A DNA stretch of 64,000 bases, from the NCBI GenBank assembly GCA_017441005.1, contig JAFSAM010000005.1:27319-91318 (forward strand). Reading direction: 5' to 3'. The stretch comes from Clostridia bacterium (lineage in GTDB: Bacteria > Bacillota > Clostridia > Oscillospirales > CAG-272). The translations under genes were made by a program, and so were the position numbers. This document shows positions 59,369 to 64,000 of the stretch, in pieces. Below the pieces are notes generated by a model. That model saw only the letters and a list, made by a program, of their open reading frames with translations, did not search any database and was not told the DNA's origin. Position 1 is the first letter of the stretch; every line of letters begins with the position of its first letter.

Positions 59369-60652
59369 ATGGCAAGAAGAAAGAAACTGAAGGAAATACG
59401 AATCGGTGTATTCGGACTTCAGCGTGGTTTGGGCTTTGTAAAAAACATGCAAAGGATCAAGGGCGTTAAGCTGGTAGCGGTATGCGAGGCTGTAGACACC
59501 CACATTGAAAAAGCAAAAGAATTTCTTCCCGAGGACTGCAAGGTCTTTAAAAACTTCGACGAGTTCATCGACTGCGGTATGGATGCCGTCGTTCTCGCAA
59601 ACTATTTCCACGAGCACGCAAAATATGCTATAAAGGCACTCGAGAAAAAGATCCACGTTCTCAGCGAAACCACAGCAGCCCCCACATTAGGCGAATGCGT
59701 ACAGCTTTGCCGTGCAGTCGAGCAGTCAAAGTGCAAGTATATGCTTGCGGCTAACACAAGCTGGATGCCCGGTCCCAAGGAGCTCAGAAAGCTCTATGCA
59801 GCAGGTGAGATCGGTAAGGTCAGATATGCTCAGGCGGAATACCTCCACCCCACAGAATCGCTCCCCGGCGGCTTTAAGGTAAGAGAAAGATCCGCATACA
59901 CACACTGGAGAAGACATACCCCCCGCACATACTACAATATGCACTCTATGGGTGCTTTGATGGAGATCACAGGCGCTATGCCCGTCAGAGTTACCGGTGC
60001 TGCAGTGTTTGCTCCCGATTATATGGAATCTGTTACACACCCCTACGTCGGCGATATGGCCGGCTACTGCTTTGCAGAGATGGACAACGGTGCGCTCTTT
60101 AATGCTACAGGCTGTGCAGCCACAGGTCCCGTAAGCAAGTGGTTCAGACTCTCGGGTGACAAGGGTAACATCGAAACCGTCAGACTTACCGACGGCGGTG
60201 TAAGACAGGTCCGTGTCGACTATATGAAATACGCTATTCCCGACGGTGACGAAACAAAGGCAAGCAGAGTTTATACTCCCGAGGATGCAAGAGACTTCGG
60301 TTGCTTCACAAAGGAAGAGCTTGAATACGCAAAGGTAGGCGAAGGCTCAGCCTCCGGTCACGCAGGCAACTGTGACTTCTTCATCAACCTTTACTTTATC
60401 AAGTATCTGAGAGGCGAGGTCGAGCCCTTCTTCAACGTATACAGAGCATGCGCACTTTCCGCTGCTGCTATCCTCTCCTGGAGAAGCGTTTTGAACAACG
60501 GTCAGGCTTATGACATTCCCGACTTCACCGACAGAAGACGCAGAAGAAAGTACGAAAAAGACTTTTTGTCTCCCTTCCCCGATGAAAACGGCGAAAAGAC
60601 TGTTTCCTCCTCAAGTAAGGAATACGATCTCTTCAAAAAGTACGGTATATAA
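59369..60652 (+). CDS. Gfo/Idh/MocA-like oxidoreductase, paralog C
   Basis: 427 aa and closest to paralog B. Same motif set. Confidence 0.75.
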   Translation: MARRKKLKEIRIGVFGLQRGLGFVKNMQRIKGVKLVAVCEAVDTHIEKAKEFLPEDCKVFKNFDEFIDCGMDAVVLANYFHEHAKYAIKALEKKIHVLSETTAAPTLGECVQLCRAVEQSKCKYMLAANTSWMPGPKELRKLYAAGEIGKVRYAQAEYLHPTESLPGGFKVRERSAYTHWRRHTPRTYYNMHSMGALMEITGAMPVRVTGAAVFAPDYMESVTHPYVGDMAGYCFAEMDNGALFNATGCAATGPVSKWFRLSGDKGNIETVRLTDGGVRQVRVDYMKYAIPDGDETKASRVYTPEDARDFGCFTKEELEYAKVGEGSASGHAGNCDFFINLYFIKYLRGEVEPFFNVYRACALSAAAILSWRSVLNNGQAYDIPDFTDRRRRRKYEKDFLSPFPDENGEKTVSSSSKEYDLFKKYGI

Positions 60653-60658
60653 CGATAT

Positions 60659-60697
60659 AAAAAACCGAGAGTTTTTATTTTAACTCTCGGTTTTTTT
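60659..60697 (+). terminator. Terminator after paralog C
   Basis: Stem ccgagagtt / aactctcgg followed by T7. Confidence 0.8.
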
Positions 60698-60788
60698 AGT
60701 GAAAGTATAGACAAAAAACAAAAACATACACTATAATAGTTGTAACGGGCTCAAAGCCCACCGCCATCGGCAAAGGAAGGTAATACTT

Positions 60789-61850
60789 ATGACAAAAACC
60801 GAAAAACTGATAGACAAAATAAATGACCGTGCAGACGGAATGCTGATCAGCTCCGACGTAAACAGACTCTACCTCACCGATTTTGATTACTCGGACGGAT
60901 ATGCTTTGATCACAAAGGAAAGGTCGTATCTTTTGACAGACTTCAGATACGTCGAGGCGGCAAAAAAAGAAGCCGCTCCATCATTTGAAATAATGACGAT
61001 CGAAAAAAACACTTTTTCAAAGCTGTTTGATGAAAACAATATAAAAAGGCTTATGTTCGAGGATACGAGAATGAGCTGTTCCGAGCTCGAAGCTTTAAAA
61101 ACACGTTATCCCGAGGTTGAATTTATCCCCGCAGGAAGCATAATCGAGGAGATACGTGAATACAAATCGGATATCGAGCTTCAATATATCACAAAGGCGC
61201 AGAGAATAGCAGAAAAAGCACTCGATGAGCTTATTTCAAATCTCGATCTTAATATGACCGAAAAAGAGGCGGCGGCATACCTCGAATATCTTATGAAGAA
61301 AAACGGTGCCGACGGAATTTCATTTTCAACCATCGCGGTCTCGGGAAAAGCGTCTTCTCTCCCCCATGGCGTGCCGCGCAACGTAAAACTCGAAAAAGGC
61401 TTCTTCACCATAGACTTCGGTGCAATATATAAAGGTTATCACTCGGATATGACAAGGACCTTCTGTATAGGCAAGGCTGATGACGAAATGAAAAAGGTTT
61501 ATAGGACGGTACTTGATGCCCAGAGTTATGCCATCGATGCCATTTTCTCGGGCGAAAGAAACTGCATTGCTATAGACAAAATAGCCCGAGACCATATCTA
61601 CGGTACGGGGTACGAGGGTTGCTTCGGTCACGGACTCGGTCACGGTGTCGGTCTTGAGATACACGAATCGCCCCGTCTGTCGCCTAAGGAACAGGCAGAT
61701 AAGTATTTGACCCTCGGCGACGTTGTTACCGTCGAACCGGGTATATATATTGAAAACAAATACGGAGTAAGAATCGAGGATATGGTCTATATCGGCGAAA
61801 AAGCACCCGTCAACTTAACACTTTTCGAAAAAAAGCTGACAGAAATATGA
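60789..61850 (+). CDS. M24-family Xaa-Pro aminopeptidase
   Basis: Creatinase-like N-terminal domain plus pita-bread metal ligands (DFGAIYKGYHSDMTRT, GHGLGHGVGLEIHE, VEPGIY). Its position upstream of efp is typical of Firmicutes. Confidence 0.88.
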   Translation: MTKTEKLIDKINDRADGMLISSDVNRLYLTDFDYSDGYALITKERSYLLTDFRYVEAAKKEAAPSFEIMTIEKNTFSKLFDENNIKRLMFEDTRMSCSELEALKTRYPEVEFIPAGSIIEEIREYKSDIELQYITKAQRIAEKALDELISNLDLNMTEKEAAAYLEYLMKKNGADGISFSTIAVSGKASSLPHGVPRNVKLEKGFFTIDFGAIYKGYHSDMTRTFCIGKADDEMKKVYRTVLDAQSYAIDAIFSGERNCIAIDKIARDHIYGTGYEGCFGHGLGHGVGLEIHESPRLSPKEQADKYLTLGDVVTVEPGIYIENKYGVRIEDMVYIGEKAPVNLTLFEKKLTEI

Positions 61851-61956
61851 TAAAAAAGCTATTTTTGTATTAAAAACCCCTTGAAAAATTTTCAATAATA
61901 GTGTACAATGTATTAGATATTTATATTATGACCTAATGTTATGGAGGATAAACAAA

Positions 61957-62520
61957 ATGGTAGTAGCAGGCGATTTTAAAAACGGCATTACTTTTGAGAT
62001 GGACGGCAACGTATTTCAGGTTGTTGAATTCCAGCACGTTAAGCCCGGTAAAGGAGCGGCTTTCGTAAGAACAAAGCTCAAGAACGTTATCACAGGCGCT
62101 GTAATCGAAAAAACATTCAGCCCTACAGATAAATATGAGAACGCTTACGTTGAACGTAAGGATATGCAGTATCTTTACAACGACGGTGAGCTTTACTACT
62201 TCATGGATCTTGAATCCTATGAACAGCTTCCCCTCGAGGAAAGCAAGCTCGGCGACAACTTCAGATTCGTAAAAGAAGAAATGCTTTGTAAGATCATTTC
62301 TTACAAGGGCAACGTTTTCGGCGTTGAGCCTCCTATGTTCGTTGAACTCGAAGTAACCGAGACCGAACCCGGCTTCAAGGGCGATACAGCTACAGGTGCT
62401 TCCAAGCCCGCAACTCTTGAAACAGGCGCACAGATCAAGGTTCCCCTTTTCATCAACATCGGCGACGTTCTCAAGATCGACACCAGAACAGGTGAATATC
62501 TCGAAAGAGCTAAGCAGTAA
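61957..62520 (+). CDS. efp: Translation elongation factor P
   Basis: [19 protein letters not shown] loop with the modified Lys. The ATG at 61957 follows ggagga. Confidence 0.95.
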   Translation: MVVAGDFKNGITFEMDGNVFQVVEFQHVKPGKGAAFVRTKLKNVITGAVIEKTFSPTDKYENAYVERKDMQYLYNDGELYYFMDLESYEQLPLEESKLGDNFRFVKEEMLCKIISYKGNVFGVEPPMFVELEVTETEPGFKGDTATGASKPATLETGAQIKVPLFINIGDVLKIDTRTGEYLERAKQ

Positions 62521-62547
62521 TTTTTATAAATAAAAGGAGTATCGGCT

Positions 62548-62952
62548 ATGATGATGACAATTACCGAAAAGATCGCAAACCTCAAGGGTTACCTTGAAGG
62601 CGTACAGCTTGACGAAAATAAGGCTGAAACAAAAGTTATTGCAAAGATCGTTGATATTCTTGAGGATATGGCTCTCGAAATCGAAGAGATGGAAGAGCAG
62701 GTTGATACCCTCAACGATTACGCAGAAGAGCTCGATGAGGATCTCGGCGACGTTGAAGACTACCTCTTCGGCGAAGACGAATGTGACTGCGACGACGAAG
62801 ACTGCGATTGCTGCGATTGTTGCGATGACGAATTCTTTGAAGTTGAATGCCCCAAGTGCGGCGAAGTCATTTGCCTTGATGAAGATTTCGATGCTGACGA
62901 GGTCATCTGCCCCGCATGCAACGAAACTATTCCCTTGGAAGACAAAGAATAA
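62548..62952 (+). CDS. Acidic Cys/Asp-rich protein with C-terminal zinc ribbon (uncharacterised family often found after efp in Clostridia)
   Basis: N-terminal coiled/acidic region, a CDCDDEDCDCCDCCDDE cluster, then CPKCG...CPACN. RBS aaaggag. Confidence 0.6.
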   Translation: MMMTITEKIANLKGYLEGVQLDENKAETKVIAKIVDILEDMALEIEEMEEQVDTLNDYAEELDEDLGDVEDYLFGEDECDCDDEDCDCCDCCDDEFFEVECPKCGEVICLDEDFDADEVICPACNETIPLEDKE

Positions 62953-62970
62953 TAAAAAGCAGTTTTTTCT

Positions 62971-62997
62971 CCCCGCCAAAAATGGCGGGGATTTTTA
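62971..62997 (+). terminator. Terminator after the efp operon
   Basis: Stem ccccgcc / ggcgggg followed by atttttatt. Confidence 0.75.
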
Positions 62998-63010
62998 TTG
63001 TTTTAAAGAA

Positions 63011-63340
63011 AACCTCCAGCTAAGCTGGTGGTTCCGTAAAGGCTTTTGCCGTTGAGCAATCCCGCGGCGGCTCAAGGCTCCCTCCGAGAGGGAGCTGGAT
63101 TTTGCGAAGCAAAATACTGAGGGAGAGTGCGAAATAATCTCAATAGCACATATTTTAATATAACGCAGGCTCCTTCCGTCAACCTTCGGTTGCCACCTTC
63201 CTCTCGGAGGAAGGCTTATAGAGTGCCATATTTATGGCGGTAGGGCAATTTTGCAATTGTAAAAATATTCAGTGGGCTTTCAGCCCCGCCGGTAATATGG
63301 CGTTATACTCCTGAGCAAACCACCGGCTAAGCCGGTGGTT
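63011..63340. repeat. 330-bp non-coding mosaic of at least 8 short GC-rich stem-loops bounded by 23-nt palindromic repeats (REP/MITE-like or structured RNA)
   Basis: Boundary hairpins aacctccag-ctaag-ctggtggtt (63011-63033) and aaccaccgg-ctaag-ccggtggtt (63318-63340). Internal hairpins lie at 63077-63095, 63099-63115, 63180-63192, 63196-63214, 63225-63238 and 63274-63286. No credible ORF is present. Confidence 0.6.
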
Positions 63341-63412
63341 ATGATTGTTTTCTCTTGTTCGCTTTTCTGCCATTATCACAAAATATATACATTTTTGTTA
63401 CATTATTTGCCG

Positions 63413-63441
63413 TTGACAATAAGAGAATATAATAGTATAAT
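63413..63441 (+). promoter_or_regulatory. Candidate sigma-70 promoter of the DUF3048-like gene
   Basis: TTGACA, 17 nt, TATAAT. Confidence 0.55.
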
Positions 63442-63490
63442 CTTAATCAAGAAGCATCCACTTTTTATTTGACCGAAAGCAGGTATTATT

Positions 63491-64000
63491 ATGGCAAAAA
63501 GAAAAGATCCAAACGCACTTCCAAAGCTTATGGCTGTATTACTTCTGATACTTGCCCTTGTGGCTTTTATGGTAGGAATATCAAGCTGTAACAAAGAAGA
63601 TCCATCCACCGAGACTCTTGCTACAGACCCTGAGCAATCTGAAAATATTTCAACCTCCCCCGACGAAAGCACTCCCGACGAGACCGTTCCCGAAACGATT
63701 CCCGAAACCGTTCCCGAGGAAACGGAACCTCCAGTAGTTGTACCAAAATATTACAATCCTCTGACCGGACTTGAATGCTCCGAGGAAATGAGCCTTCGCC
63801 GTCCGATCGGTATTATGGTCAATAATATCAATATATCTCTCCCTCAGGAAGGAATTACATACGGCGATGTTATGTACGAATGCTTGGCTGAAGGCGGTAT
63901 AACGAGATTGTTTATGCTTGTTCAGGACTACGAAAACCTTCCTAACGTCGGCTCTGTACGTTCCACCAGAGACTACTATCTTGACCTTGCGCAAAACCAT
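63491..64000 (+). CDS. DUF3048 (YerB-like) lipoprotein, N-terminal part (runs off the window)
   Basis: The frame is open from the ATG at 63491 to the window end. Hand translation gives MAKRKDPNALPKLMAVLLLILALVAFMVGISSCNKED (signal peptide plus lipobox Cys). A Pro/Glu/Thr linker follows, then YYNPLTGL...RRPIGIMVNNI...PQEGI...ECLAEGGITRLFML, typical of DUF3048. Confidence 0.7.
   Translation, partial: MAKRKDPNALPKLMAVLLLILALVAFMVGISSCNKEDPSTETLATDPEQSENISTSPDESTPDETVPETIPETVPEETEPPVVVPKYYNPLTGLECSEEMSLRRPIGIMVNNINISLPQEGITYGDVMYECLAEGGITRLFMLVQDYENLPNVGSVRSTRDYYLDLAQNH

Noticed and set aside
56332-60040. Minus-strand ORFs of 97-200 aa within the three oxidoreductase paralogs (56332-56934, 57771-58109, 59363-59656, 59726-60040)
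   Set aside because: They are antisense shadow ORFs that recur only because the sense genes are paralogous. They have no RBS or motifs.
63403-64000. Minus-strand ORFs of 89 and 116 aa
   Set aside because: They are antisense to the plus-strand DUF3048-like lipoprotein gene, which has a promoter, signal peptide, lipobox and family motifs.
1-64000. Search for a prophage, integrative element, defence island, toxin-antitoxin pair or biosynthetic cluster
   Set aside because: No integrase, recombinase, transposase, capsid/terminase, restriction-modification, Cas, nuclease-NTPase pair or secondary-metabolite enzyme was recognised in any frame. Gene content and tight operon structure are those of a conserved core region.

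Overview
This 64-kb window comes from a Firmicutes chromosome of Clostridia type. It may be Oscillospiraceae/Ruminococcaceae-like, but that family-level guess is low confidence. Almost all of it is core housekeeping DNA, mostly on the minus strand up to ~53.4 kb and on the plus strand after that.

Recognised loci:
- A partial GLUG-repeat surface protein.
- Phospholipid genes: a divergent Lgt-like gene, cdsA, a DAG-kinase-like gene and plsY.
- ftsH and an OmpR/HisKA two-component pair.
- One tRNA-Leu(UAG).
- The ctsR-mcsA-mcsB-clpC operon with two CtsR operators.
- A frameshifted LamG-metallophosphoesterase surface protein.
- Split metH plus metF.
- A ytvI-like gene and the NusG-II/Gx-transporter/ApbE trio.
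- A compact dcw cluster: mraZ-rsmH-ftsL-PBP-murE-murF-mraY-ftsW-murG-ftsQ-ftsZ.
- coaD-rsmD-uvrC and ptsH.
- rimM-trmD followed by an O-antigen-ligase-like gene and two DUF4330 genes.
- nrdD-nrdG-nrdR with NrdR boxes.
- A Dabb protein, a CPBP protease, tadA and an RluA-like synthase.
- Three tandem Gfo/Idh/MocA-like paralogs.
- An M24 peptidase, efp, an acidic Cys-rich zinc-ribbon protein and a partial DUF3048 lipoprotein.

I saw no integrase, transposase, CRISPR array, toxin-antitoxin pair or recognisable defence gene. I do not find a convincing novel multi-gene system here.

The features most worth a second look:
1. A ~167-bp module duplicated at an exact 501-bp period next to tRNA-Leu. It carries a polypyrimidine/polypurine quasi-palindrome and a consensus promoter. 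The two copies bracket an orphan 97-codon ORF and leave one promoter without cargo.
2. A G8 homopolymer frameshift splitting a surface-anchored LamG-metallophosphoesterase.
3. Three monocistronic tandem oxidoreductase paralogs with a non-canonical EKP motif, a gene-conversion tract and a shared upstream motif.
4. A 330-bp mosaic of GC-rich stem-loops bounded by 23-nt palindromic repeats.

All functional calls come from reading motifs in the supplied translations. No database search was run.
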